Assembly: GCF_009914755.1 (NCBI RefSeq)
Contig: NC_060940.1
Source of the DNA: the human T2T-CHM13v2.0 reference genome, Homo sapiens
Direction: 5' to 3' (one strand)
Length of the DNA stretch: 64,000 bases
Positions within the stretch are counted from its first letter, which is position 1; every line of letters starts with the position of its first letter. Position numbers and translations under genes: made by a program. Below are positions 47,101 to 64,000 of this stretch, piece by piece. Under the pieces are notes generated by a model. It was not told the DNA's origin and searched no databases. It was given only the letters and a program-made list of their open reading frames with translations.

Positions 47101-47401
47101 TGGCACACATTTAATTTAATTTAGCAGTAACTTACTCCCTGCGCCCAGAAGAGGTAGGGGCAAGAGTTGCTTTCCATGAAGAGTGCACCTGATGAGAAGG
47201 CAGCTCCAGAAGACTCAAAGGAAAACCGAGAATCAGGAGAGAAAGAAACGTGCAGTCCTTGCCTACTTCAGGGGAGGACCCCAAACTCCCGGTTGATAGT
47301 AGGGACCTGCTTCCCCATGCGCCCCAGCTCCCTCTCCACCATGCAGTCGCCTCCTGGGCCTGGCGACCACAGTTCGGGGCCTGCTCTAAGGCCCAGAGTT
47401 C

Positions 47402-48637
47402 TCAGTCAGGCGATGCCCAGCTGAAGTGGTCTGGGCCTCGTGGCAGCACCAGATCCAGGGTGAGGTCACGCTGCTGGTCCGCAGAGTACACAGGCCGGTA
47501 GCCCAGCAGCTGCAGCGCGCCGGCGCACACCTCCTGCACGCGCAGGATCTTAGTGAAGGGCAACGCGTGGCGCCAGGCCTGGGAGACGTTGCGCGCATTC
47601 CTAGACGAAGTATGGAAGGCCTCGATTGGCTTGCCGATCCCCGACCCGTGGGTGATGTTGTGGATCCAGGCCTCGAGCTGTGGCATGAGGGTCAGGCCGG
47701 TGAAGGCGTAGAGTGCGCGGATCTCTGCCAGCGGCTCCCGCGCCAGGTCCTCGAAGCGCACCAGGCGGTAGCGGCCGCGCAGGAAGGGTGGCGGCTTGAG
47801 TGTGGCGGCCTCGGCGATGCGCACGTGGCTGCGGCACACCTCGCGAATCAGGCGCAGGTGAGGGTCGGCCTCCACCCACTTGCCGTTGGTGCCCAGCACG
47901 ATGCCGTTGTCGCGTGCCAGTATCGGGCCCGCCGCCTCCCGGGAGCGCAGCACGGCCCGCGGGTCGCGCACCAGGTGCACGATGCGCAGGTTGAGCGCGG
48001 GGTCGCTGAGCAGCGGGTAGAGCACCTGCAGGTTGAAGAAGCGCACCTCCTTGAGCACCACGTGGCTGTAGGAGCGGCAGGCCTCCCGGGCCAGGCTGAA
48101 GGGCTGCCGCGTGCACAGTGTCTTGCATACGTCCTGCTTGCTGATGGTGCCTCGGGGAAAGGCGCTGCAGGCGGGCGGCGAGCACAGCGCGCGGCTCGTT
48201 GCCCAGTTGAAAAAGGCGGACAGGTTTCGGCTCTGTGGCATGTAGGCATCAAACACGTCCATGTCGCACAAAAAGATAGAGCGCATCAGGTCGCGCACGG
48301 CCATGTGCAGCGTTGCCGCGCTGCCCTGCGACAGGGTGGTCCACACATGCCACGCGGGCTCCATCAGGTAGAAGACGTCGGGGTGCTGGCTGAAGAGCTG
48401 GCCCAAGAAGGATGAGCCCGAGCGCCACGAGGACAGCACCAGCACGTGCACACGATCCTCGCCGCCGGCTGGGGATGAGGGCCCTGGCCGGGAGATGATG
48501 AAGAGCAGGAGGCAGGTGGTCTGTGCCAGGAGGAGCACTGTCACTGTCTTGCTGGAGAACCGTGGCAGCCACATGCGGGCGGCTGGGGGCCTTCGGGTGG
48601 AGTGGGCAACTTTAGGGACCCGGGCCCTCATGCCCAT
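47402..48637 (-). CDS. CHST5: Carbohydrate sulfotransferase 5 (intestinal GlcNAc-6-O-sulfotransferase), 411 aa; internal ATG at 48574 (MWLPRF..., 390 aa)
   Basis: Intronless ORF; type II TM segment [17 protein letters not shown]; 5'-PSB motif SWRSGSSF; 3'-PB motif [10 protein letters not shown]; sequons NLS/NIT/NVS. The ORF-track start at 48649 is TTG; the first ATG is at 48637. Confidence 0.97.
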   Translation of the reverse strand: MGMRARVPKVAHSTRRPPAARMWLPRFSSKTVTVLLLAQTTCLLLFIISRPGPSSPAGGEDRVHVLVLSSWRSGSSFLGQLFSQHPDVFYLMEPAWHVWTTLSQGSAATLHMAVRDLMRSIFLCDMDVFDAYMPQSRNLSAFFNWATSRALCSPPACSAFPRGTISKQDVCKTLCTRQPFSLAREACRSYSHVVLKEVRFFNLQVLYPLLSDPALNLRIVHLVRDPRAVLRSREAAGPILARDNGIVLGTNGKWVEADPHLRLIREVCRSHVRIAEAATLKPPPFLRGRYRLVRFEDLAREPLAEIRALYAFTGLTLMPQLEAWIHNITHGSGIGKPIEAFHTSSRNARNVSQAWRHALPFTKILRVQEVCAGALQLLGYRPVYSADQQRDLTLDLVLPRGPDHFSWASPD

Positions 48638-49294
48638 CCCACGCCCCAATTACTGCCCAGTGCCCTCAGGGATCAGCCCTCAGATTCGGCTACCCTACCC
48701 ATTGGACTTCCCAAGACTCCCAAGGTCTCAGTCGAGCACTTTCCCAGGAATACGGAGTCAAGACATAGGCCAGAATATAGTCTGTGCTCACAGCAGAAGT
48801 CCAGTTGCAGAATAATGTGGGATATCATCAAACTGTCTACCTACCCACCCACCCACCTACTTACATACCTACAGGCTATCTATCTGTAGAGAGAAATACT
48901 ATGTTTCAAAGAGAACTCCTGTCTTTTGCTTCAGGATACCTCTTAGAGAGACCCTTTTAGGTTGTGGAGCTAAAAGGGCTTGATGGGGGCTTCGGTGGAT
49001 GTCAGAGCACCACCAGGCTCGCCGAGGTTGAATCCTGGCTCTGCCACTTCCTAGCCTATGATCTTGCTTATGAAGATCACTTAAATCTCTCTGTGACGGA
49101 TCACTTTACCCGTGTGTGAAAGAGGGATAATTCCGGTACCTGGCTCACAGGATCTGGGGGGATTGGGGGGTTATTATAATGAAGATGGGGGAAGGGAACA
49201 CGCAGTCATGCCCATAACTGAGGATTGCACCTTTTACAAGGTGTGCTTCTGTATTATATAATTTTTTTAACAGGCAGGTATAAAACTTTTGTCA

Positions 49295-49825
<531 letters not shown>

Positions 49826-49829
49826 TCAC

Positions 49830-49894
49830 CACCGTCCAGGGCTGCTGGGAGAGCTGCAACGCTGATCACAAATCCATGGGAGATGTCTCGACAT
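49830..49894 (-). other. CHST5: CHST5 upstream exon (paralog of CHST6 exon 2); begins with an ATG that is in frame after splicing
   Basis: cag|ATGTCGAGA...GGACGGTG|gtgagt; acceptor aag|GCCCCC at 48590. Confidence 0.75.
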
Positions 49895-51342
49895 CTGGCA
49901 AAGCAGGAAGGAGAGGAGATCAGAGCCCTACAGAGAGACAGCCCTGTACATAGAAAGCTCCCCAGGGTGGGAACAGAGCTGTCCTGCCTGCCTTTTGCTT
50001 CAGGATAACTCGTAGAGAGACCCTTTTGGGTTGTGGAGCTAAAGGGCTTGATGACGGTTTAGGCGGATGTCACACCACCACCAGGCTTGCTGAGGTTGAA
50101 TAAGTCTGAGTAGGGCATTTCTCCAAATGGCTGGGAACTGGCGGGGTCTCCTGATGGATGGAAGCGAGAGAGCTGGCTCCAAATCCCAGCACTGCCAATG
50201 CGGAGCTATGAGACCTGGGGCAAGTGACTTAACTTCTCTGAGGCTCAATTTCCACCTCTGTAGAATGGGATTTGCAATATTTAACCTCTTAGAGCTGTTG
50301 TGATGGATGCTGCTGCAAACACCTATGAGGGGAGGGCCTGGGGAAGCATTCCTTACACACATGCCCCTGTTACTGTTACTGTCCCTGTGCTGAGCTACAT
50401 CTGGAGAGAAAGAACCCCCTCCACCTGGTGAGTCTCCCCACAGAGGAGACACCCACAGGCCACCTACCCTTCCAATCCCTGTATCTCCCAGGCCATCCTC
50501 TGGCGTCCAACCACCCTGAGCCTTTAGTGGACCTTAAGAATGTCACGCATTTCTCACAGGGTGGAAGGAACACTGAGCCAGCCTCCCGCATTCCAAGGTC
50601 CTAAAGTGTTCTTCTGTTTGCACCTGTTGCATCTGCAATGATCTCAAGGCTGGGTGACTTTGGAAGGGAGGAGCCTGGAAGTTTTCTCCTTGCTCCTGCA
50701 TCCTTTGCTCCTTGCCTGCCCCCTTCCCCTGTCCACACTGCCCACTGAGAGAAGCCAGGGTCTAACTTGTGAGCAGATCTCACCTCTGCTCCTTCCCCTC
50801 AATGCGGGGACAGGAGTGAGCGGAGGATGCCCAACACCTCTGTCACCTGCTGACTCCCGAGCTGCCTTCTGGATCCCCACACCCACTCCTGGAAAACCTG
50901 GAAGATGAGGAGAGTAGCCCCCCACCTCCGCTACAAGTGCGACTGTACTTTTTCCAGTGCTGGCTGATGGATGGTGAGCTCCCTTGCCAACAGAGTGCCA
51001 GAAAGGAAGGGAACTCATATTTGCTGACTTCAATGATCACAAGTGCTAGGTGCTTCGAGTCCACTGGATAACTTAACTCTGGGCCCTGAGGTGGGCATGA
51101 TGATGTCAATTTTTCAGGTGAAAGACTCAAGGCTTAGAGAGACAGCAAGAAAGCTGGGACTCCAGGACTCCTGTTCCGAAGCTCCTGGCACTTCTGATCC
51201 CAGGCTGTGGGCCTCTCCCACCTGTGATTGCCCCCTGCAGAGTGCAGGACCCTGCTGCTCTGGCCCAAACACAGTTGTCCTGGCCAGCCCAGCCCTTCCC
51301 TGGGTAGGGAGGATCTTGATCCCAAGCTAAGGTGTTTGTTAC

Positions 51343-51437
51343 CTGTGTTCCAGGAAAGCCAGAGGTCTTCTTAAGGTGGTTGAATCACTCTATGCCACAC
51401 AGAGTCTCCAGAAGACCAGTTCCTCACTGGGAGCTTT
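51343..51437 (-). other. CHST5: Probable CHST5 5'UTR exon (95 nt)
   Basis: ctccttatcag|AAAGCT...ACACAG|gtaaca; paralog at 1543-1697. Confidence 0.55.
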
Positions 51438-52015
51438 CTGATAAGGAGACTTACATTCAGCACAGTGGACAATTGGCCAAGGGTGCAAAGTTAGGGAGAA
51501 CCAGTCAGCCAGGCCCTGTGATATGCACTTTCATCTTCATGATTGAATGTTATCCTCCCAAGTCCCTTGGAGGTAGAAATAACCATCCCTATCTGTTTTA
51601 ATTGAAGCAGTGGGGCTCAGAGACATTAATACCCAGTAAGAAAGAGGCAGGGCAGGGGCTTAAGTCCAAGAGCCAGACTCCCAGTGCAGGGCCCTGTGGT
51701 GGGTCACACTCCTAAGCCTTTGTCCAGTGAACTCTTCCATCCTGGAAGGACTGTCCCCTTCCCCTCTAAATTCTTCCGTTTTTTGATTCTTTTCTGGGGG
51801 CACATATTTATTACATGTTTAATTTTTAGAAAAATAATACAAACAGGTCACACGAAATTAAAAAAGTAGAGATGAGGGCATCGCAGACTTGGCCTCCCAA
51901 AGTGTTGGGATTACAGGCGTGAGCCATAGCGCCTGGCCAAAATGCAATTCTTGACTGCCTTGCCTCTGTGTAAAAGGAGAGAGAAAGGAAGTCAACATTT
52001 GCATTTGCTAGACAT

Positions 52016-52924
<909 letters not shown>

Positions 52925-53099
52925 ACATTTCCTAGGCACCTGTACTGTCCTGGGGCCCAGAGGGCCTTTCCTAAAGCCTAACATCAAGGCCCTAGAGGCA
53001 GTGAGGCACGACTCCACTTCCCCTGAGTCTGGTTGCAAATTAACTCACCAAGCTATTTTTTCTCAAGAATTTCATGGAGAGCTTTTGAAAGCCACACCC

Positions 53100-54430
53100 T
53101 TTGAGACCCAAGTATGGAATAAGAACCCGCACCCCGACCCCTGCCCTGCGCAGTGAGGATTCCCGCGTGCAGCCGAAGCCCCAGCAAGACACTTCCAAAC
53201 CAGCGCTAGCAGGGGAGATGAACTTTCCACGTTGCTGATGGAAAAGCCACCCCCAGCTCTTCCCGCCAACCCAGGTCTCTGGTGCAGGACAGAGGAGCGT
53301 CACAGCTGGGCCACTGGCCCGGCCCCCAGCCCAACCGAGTGTGGGGACACCTCCGGTGGAGAATGAAGAACCAAAGTACCTCAAAGCTTGGCGTGTCTGC
53401 CAGAGCTGGAGCAGCAGCCAGAGGGACGCCTCTCCCCCTGGGCTCAGCAAAAGCTCCCAGACGTCGTCTCTTCCAAGTTCCACCGCACAGCCAGCTCTTT
53501 CTCTTCACTGGGAGGTTCCGCAGGGGCTGACTTGCTCCTTAAGGTCCCAAGACTATTAAGGGACACCCAGTGAGGCTGGGAAAGGGGCTCTAAGAGGCAT
53601 GGACGAAGAGTCGGGGGTGACCAAGCCACTGGAAGCTCCTGGAGACTCGAGGCAGAGCGAATCTGGGAACAGGGCAGGAGTCCCAGAATGGGATGTTGAG
53701 GCTGGGGGTGTCCTGGGGCTACCACAGGGAAGCACCCGGCGCAGAGCTCCCTCCGGAGCCCGGCACTGCGGCCCGCGCCCTCTACTCCCCGCGCGCCGGC
53801 CAACAACCCTCGGCGCTGCCCCGCAATCTTCAGCGCTGCCTGGTGAGGAGCTTTCAGACGTGGCTGCGGTCCCAGGGTGGCCGGCGGGAGCCAGGGAAAT
53901 GGGAGAAGGAAGGAAGGAGCAGGTTTTGCCCCCAGCTCCCTCTCCCCACCCCCGACCGAGGGGCCATGTCTCGGGGAGGGGCGCTGGCCGAGGGCAGAGC
54001 AGGAGGGCCCAGGTGGGCTGGGGCTCTAAGAGGCGCACCTTTTAGCCGGGGATGTCAAAGGACGCTGGCAGAGTCACTTCTCATCTAACTGACAACAAAT
54101 GAACGTTGTAACCCTTCCTCACCCCCCCAATCGCCAGAGAACCTGGGAGCTCCTGGGAGGACAAAGGCCCTAGTGAAGGAAGTCGAATCTTAATCTTGGC
54201 CCTCCTCGCTCTTGGGGGCATCCTTGCAGCCAAGGGACTTGGAATCCAAACCCTTCCCAAGGCCCCAACCTCAGCCCTAAGCCAAGACCCAGGCACCTTG
54301 ATGACACAGGAATCCGTGCTGCCTCCCGGTGCAGTGTCCCAGCTGGGAGGAGTTGAAAGACCAGGTGGCCTTAGGAGCTGTGCCCTCCCTGCCCTAGCCT
54401 CCGCCCAGAGGCGCAGGCTTGATAACATGT
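53100..54430. promoter_or_regulatory. CHST5: CHST5 promoter region / partly eroded CpG island
   Basis: Colinear paralog of 12850-14140. Confidence 0.7.
53380..53560 (-). other. CHST5: CHST5 5'UTR exon paralogous to CHST6 exon 1; 5' end approximate
   Basis: Donor GCTTTGAG|GTACTT aligns with the CHST6 exon 1 donor. Confidence 0.6.
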
Positions 54431-54497
54431 TCCAATGAATACAGGATATGTTTCAGTAAATAAAAGCTCCCCACCCACCCCTTACAAATAACAGCTC

Positions 54498-56561
<2,064 letters not shown>

Positions 56562-58250
56562 TCATTTTGAACATTTTAATTAGAAAGTTACAAAACATCA
56601 TGGGTTCTTTATACAAGATTTGCATTAGAATAATTTAATAAAATGCAAACCAATGTTTATACGTATCTTGTCATCTTTCCATATCTCATTGCCTTATGTG
56701 AATTTAAACAAGAAACTATTTTTCGTTTAGATCTTAAGAAAAAAATTTAGGCATATAAAACAGCCTGAATATTAAAAAAAGACAAGGGGGTCAGTGTTAG
56801 GGAATTCCTCTGCTTGAATACTTCAAAATAGCTTTGTTTCCAAAACTGTTTTAGTAAGCCTAAAGGAGCACTAAAAACGACAACTGATCTCCAAAGTAAA
56901 CTGAGGCACACACTGAGGGGTGTGTTTCTGGGTGGGCATGAAGCATGGATCACCGGGGCCATGTCCTTCCAGTGGCAATGACCTGCTTGGGATCAGGAAG
57001 CAGCTCCATGTGTTCTTGGAGGAGACTGCCCACATCCTCAGGAGGTGAATGGGCTGAACAAGCCATCTTCCATGTGCAGAGGCCCCTTCCAGCCATCTCT
57101 GCTCCTGCAGACACTTGCTTAGCCACGAGGGTAATCCACTGGACTGCTTAGCATTCTGCTAGTGGCCAGGCTGGACTGACCTGCCCAGGCCAGCATCCTC
57201 TTTACACTCTTACTGCTTCTTGTGTCCTTCCCAAAGCTGCCCGCCCCACTCTGATGGGCACCCTGTTCCTTAGTCAAGGGAAACGCCAGCCGCTGGGCTT
57301 CCCGCTAGCCTTCCAAATAAACTTGTGGTTGTCAGGCAGCGGGAGCCAATCCCAACACCAACCCCTGTCGCCCCTGTCCTTTGCAGGAAGGGGGAGGGCT
57401 GTCAAGGAGGAGGAGGGCCAAGTGCCCAGGCTGTTGGGTGAGGGCCAGAAAGAACCTGTTGTGACAATGCTTTCTTCCCCCAGTGCTGCTGAGGGGGCTG
57501 AGAATGAAACAGCCCCTCTGACTTCAGCCTGCCATCCAGGGGCACAGACAGAGGGAAAAATAGGGCAAAGAGCCCAGTCACAGTACGGCAAAGATCCAGG
57601 GCTGCTCAGCTGAGCTGATGACAGATGACTGACTGTTGGGCTGGGGCAGGTGGACGGTCCAAGTGTCCTTCAGCGGCCCTCCCTGATTGCCTGTGCTAAT
57701 GCGGCCCTTGCCCTTGGGCCCTGCCCCTCCAGGTCTCCAGTTAAAGGCCTCAGCTCTGGAAATCAAAGCTGTGAATGGGAAATGGAGAAGCCCAGGGGTG
57801 CAAAGTGCTAGTGATTGGCATGTTTGTCACAAGAGAGCCCTGAAAAGAGTAAGAGTGGCTCACAACAGAAGGTAGAAATGCACAGTGTGTTCCTCAGTTC
57901 AACAGAGGAAAAGTCTCTGCTTGACCAGAGATGGGACTCTTTCCAAGATGTCTGAACTGACTGCAATTTTCTCCTGAAATTCAACGCTAAGGCAAAGAAG
58001 GAAAACCCAAAAAGCTAATTATAGCCTCCAGGAACTCTCAGACCTTTCCACAAACTAGTCCCTGACAATTCTGCAGGAGCTCTGAAGATACGGAACTGTG
58101 TAGAGCAAAACTGGAAAGAACCGTTGTCTCTGAGGGAAAAGCACACAAGCCCGCAGGTGTCCGCTGGGCTCTTTCAAAAGGTCCTAAGATGTTCCCAGAA
58201 GATGACAATGAGGCAGCCACGGTCCTGCTGAGTCTTCAGAAACGGCCTTT

Positions 58251-59771
<1,521 letters not shown>

Positions 59772-60849
59772 CTATAAAGATTATTTGATACCTGGAAATT
59801 ATCCTGTGCTTCAGAACTGAAAGAAATCATTCGGAAGGAAAGAGAAATTGCATGTGCAAAGCTGATCACACATTATTTGTTAAAATAATAGTCAAAATAC
59901 TTTTGTTAAAATACATAAAAAACTTGCAAAGAGTTTCTTCTACATGTGCTGAATGGCTAACTGAAGGAATACTATACTGCCACTAAAAGTAGTATCACAG
60001 CTTTGTAGCTGTGTGGGGAAGTATTTATATTCCAAGTTTAAATAAATAAAAATAACTTGGATCCCAATGTGTTTCTACACTACAATGGCTGTATAAAAAG
60101 ATCTGCAGAAGGCTAAAGAATGAAAGGAATGAAAAAATAGTTGATTTGTAGGGCAATGTTTTCTAGTTTTGTTTTAAAATTCCCTCTATTATTGCAATAA
60201 TGCCACTAGTATATGCCATAAAATCAGTAAGCAATACTGGATTTGCAGTCATCCCCCTTGTGAGACGTCTGTGTATAGTCTCCATGATGTCTGCTTGCCA
60301 AGTAACACTGTAGATGCTTTTAGAGAAAACCTCAGCCACCGACCAGACAAACGTGCCGAGTCCACACATGCCATGGCCTAGAGCTCTGTAAGGAATGAGC
60401 ACACTGTGCCTTCTGGCAGGAAGCAGGGGCACTCCTGTTCTCCTGCTGGACTGCTAATGTGGGGAGAGTCACCCACGTTCTCTGTTTTTCTCTGAAAAGC
60501 ATGAACAGCAATTTGTCTTTGGCATCTGTTATAGGTGTGGTATGGGGAACAACTCAATTAGGCTTATATTTTTTAAAAGAGAAACCCACTAAGCCAGTGG
60601 TGGGATAATGATGGCATTTAACCATCACTAGCCTGCTGGACCATGGGATGCTGGAGGGGTGGGGGCGGTCCCAGGTCTGAAGATCAGGACGAAAAAGACA
60701 AATCCTGGACAGCATATTTGCTCCCATCGTTGAGCATTCACGGGTTTTGACATTTTCATCACAAGGGTTCCAGTTCTGCTTGTCTCTGTTGCCCCCACTA
60801 ACCTTGAAAGTCCTGAGCAGCGGCTGAATGGGCTCTACCTGTGACTCAC

Positions 60850-60931
60850 CGTTCCTCTCCTGGTAGGCAGCAACAATATGGGTGAGGTCGTAGTCATAGG
60901 CAAAGGGGCTGGTCCCGTTGATCACGGATAT
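60850..60931 (-). CDS. TMEM231: TMEM231 exon 5 (82 nt; [27 protein letters not shown])
   Basis: cccag|ATATCC...AACG|gtgagt. Confidence 0.93.
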
Positions 60932-60997
60932 CTGGGACACGGGAGGAGGATGTGGTGTGAGCACCTGGGAGACTCCTCCCCTTTTCCTTCTACCCTT

Positions 60998-61183
60998 CTG
61001 CCCACCCAGGCTGGTCCCACAGAGCACCCTCTTGTTCTTGGTGGCCTACTGCAGTATCAATAATCTTTTCTTCAAAGATGAATAAAACAGGCTGCTGCCC
61101 ACCCAGGCTGGTCCCACAGAGCACCCTCTTGTTCTTGGTGGCCTACTGCAGTATCAATAATCTTCTCTTCAAAGATGAATAAA
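60998..61183. repeat. 89-bp tandem duplication (60998-61086 and 61095-61183)
   Basis: Two copies with one visible mismatch and an 8-nt spacer; single copy at 20882-20970. Confidence 0.92.
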
Positions 61184-63113
61184 CTCTCTTGCAACAATTT
61201 AAGCCCATTTACTCTCAGTCTTTCTTTCTGTGGATGGAAATAAGGGGTCAGTGTCCATGTTTTATAGGTTTTAAAGCTATTTTTAAAATACCCCTCTTTA
61301 TCTCAGCGGGAGAAAGAATTCCTTAAATTATTTTAACAGACCGTATTTTCGCCAGGTGTGGTGGCTCATGCCTACAATCCCAGTGACTTGGGAGGCTGAG
61401 GCAGGAGGACCACTTGAGGCCATGAGTTCAAGGCCGTAGTCAATGATGATCATGCCACTCACTACACTCCAGTTTAGGAAACAGAGAAAGACTTCATCTC
61501 TCAAAAAAAAATAAAAATAAAAAAAAATAAAAAGCCAGTCATGGAAGCTCACGCCTCTAATCCCAACACTTTGGGAAGCCCAGGCAGATGGATCACTTGA
61601 GACCAGGAGTTCGAGACCAGTCTGGCCAACATGGTGAAACCCCATCTCTACTACAAAGAAAACAAAAATTAGCCAGGCGTGGTGGCATATGGCTGTAATC
61701 CCAGCTATTCAGGAGGCTGAAATCAGAGGATCTCTTAAGCCTGGGAGACAGAGGTTGCAGTGAGCCGAGATCATGCCACTCCACTGTAGCCTGGGTGACA
61801 GAGCAAGACTCTGTCTCAAAAATAAAAATAAAATACAAATAAAAACCCCTACACAAAGACAAAAAAAAGAAACCATACTTCCAACTCCTTTGTCATTTTC
61901 TTGGTCTTCTCTGGGTGCTAAGTTCTTTATCACTTTTAAATATAGAGATATAGATAAAATGCAAACCATAAGCATATAATCCCTTAAAGGAGGAAATAAT
62001 TGCTTGCTGTTAATGTAATCTGATATATAGACATTCAAACAAAAAGTGCCATATTCATTTCATATGTTGCAGCTTCCTATTCTTTACAACTTATATTGAT
62101 TATAGTCAGAGCAACAGTAAAACCCACTATATATCTACAAGTCTGGGTTTATGGCTGTAATAACCGATAACATCCCTTTTTCATTTTCAGAAGTACCTCA
62201 GCTCAACTTCTATGGTCCCCATTGTGATAAAATAAAAGTGAGGAATGAGTGATTAGATGCATGAGTTCTGCACACAGACAGGCTCTGTTATCTTTCAAGA
62301 TTTGAGCCTTTGGGAAAATTAATCACTTTAAGCCCCAGTTACGTCTTCTGCAAAATGAGTTCATTATTTAAACAAGTATCTCTGTGAGCTTACCATCTGC
62401 CAGGCAGTGTGCTAGGCACGGATGTGATAGTATTTGAGATGCCACTGCTGTCAAGGCTGAGGGAGACAGCAAATAAACACACAAACACATATCCTGAGTA
62501 GGCCAGGCGGCAGGAGGGAGAGTCTGGCTGAGGAATGGTGGAAGGAGGGGCTGCTACTGTAGAAGCAGGTCAGAGAAGGACTGGGCTTGGGGATATCTGA
62601 ACAGGGACCTGAATGGCATGGTCCGATAAGCCACATGGATGCCTGGCAGAGGAAATGGCAAAAGCAAAAGCCCTGAGGTGGCAGCTGCTTCTTGGGTTTG
62701 AGGAACAGCAAAAAGGCCAGGGGGGCTGGAAGGGAGCAAGCGGGGGCAGTGATGGGACAAGTGGCTGGAGTGCGGGGAAAGGACAATGCAGGCAGCTCAG
62801 AGGTTGCCGTGATGATTAAAGGAGATGATATAGGTAAACGCCTGCACTCAGGGGTGGCATATGTTATGAGTTCAGTAAACTATGGCTAGTAATATTTCTG
62901 AAATACTTTACATGAACATTTTACATCATCATTTTACAGTGTCCTTCGGAGTACATCCTGCGTGTGACCAAGCGTGTGTATGGAAGACACAATGTGTGTG
63001 TGTGCACCCACGTGGACCTAAAAGCAATAAGCAATTTAGTTCTTCGACAAACACAGATTTTGTTTCTCTTCCCTTCTAGGTGTAACTATGCGTGTACCTT
63101 CTCTGTAGTTTGA

Positions 63114-63371
<258 letters not shown>

Positions 63372-63523
63372 TAATTTTTTGTATTTTTAGTAGAGACAGG
63401 GTTTCACCAGGTTGGCCAGACTGGTTTCAAACTCCGGACCTCAAGTGATCCATCCGCACATCTCCTCCTCCCAAAGTGCTGGGATTACAGGTATGAGCCA
63501 CTGCGCCTGGCCTGACATTTCTA

Positions 63524-63754
<231 letters not shown>

Positions 63755-64000
63755 TCATTAGAAGGACCAACAATACCAACCGCCATCAGATCTGAAGGGC
63801 TCTGGGTGCTAAGAGTCACCTGTCGTGGCTGAAACCTAAGAGGCCCTCACATACCTAGCGTAGCCATGCAGGAAACACTGCCTAGAACCTTCTGAGCTAT
63901 TAATAGCCCATGTCAGTTAATATGACTAGTGAAAACCATTCCATTGGCCTAAGTTAAATCCCAAACTACATGGGGAAGAGGGCCCGCTAGAGTGCGGGTC

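Noticed and set aside
47426-48415. 329-aa plus-strand ORF and other ORFs overlapping CHST5
   Set aside because: Antisense and off-frame shadows of a GC-rich CDS; no independent gene signals.
48638-48649. CHST5 start at 48649 from the ORF track
   Set aside because: TTG codon; the first ATG is at 48637.

Overview
Human (hominid) genomic DNA, recognisable as the CHST6-CHST5-TMEM231 cluster on 16q23; all genes lie on the minus strand. Left to right: CHST6 non-coding exons 2 and 1 with its CpG-island promoter (1-14 kb); a partial TMEM231 pseudogene, exons 7 to 3 (16-23.5 kb); a CpG island at about 35 kb carrying a decayed TMEM170A-like start; a dense Alu field; CHST5 (single coding exon 47402-48637, allele Met318) with its upstream exons and promoter; and TMEM231 exons 7 to 4 (58.2-63.7 kb). 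The window is one tandem duplication with an offset of about 40 kb. Copy-specific AluJ/FLAM/MaLR insertions suggest it is old, yet several blocks are almost identical, a gene-conversion mosaic. Main observations: (1) the duplication junction appears to place a TMEM170A-derived promoter/first exon upstream of TMEM231 exons 3-7, a candidate chimeric transcription unit pointing toward CHST6; (2) TMEM231 intron 6 is a U12 AT-AC intron whose pseudogene copy has lost its AC acceptor; (3) the pseudogene exon 5 carries splice-damaging alleles within a near-identical tract; (4) splicing or retention of one CHST5 intron swaps the N-terminus and creates an inverted Alu pair around the CDS. Gene identities, reference protein sequences and c./p. 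numbering are recalled, not searched. Repeat boundaries, subfamilies and percent identities are by-eye estimates.
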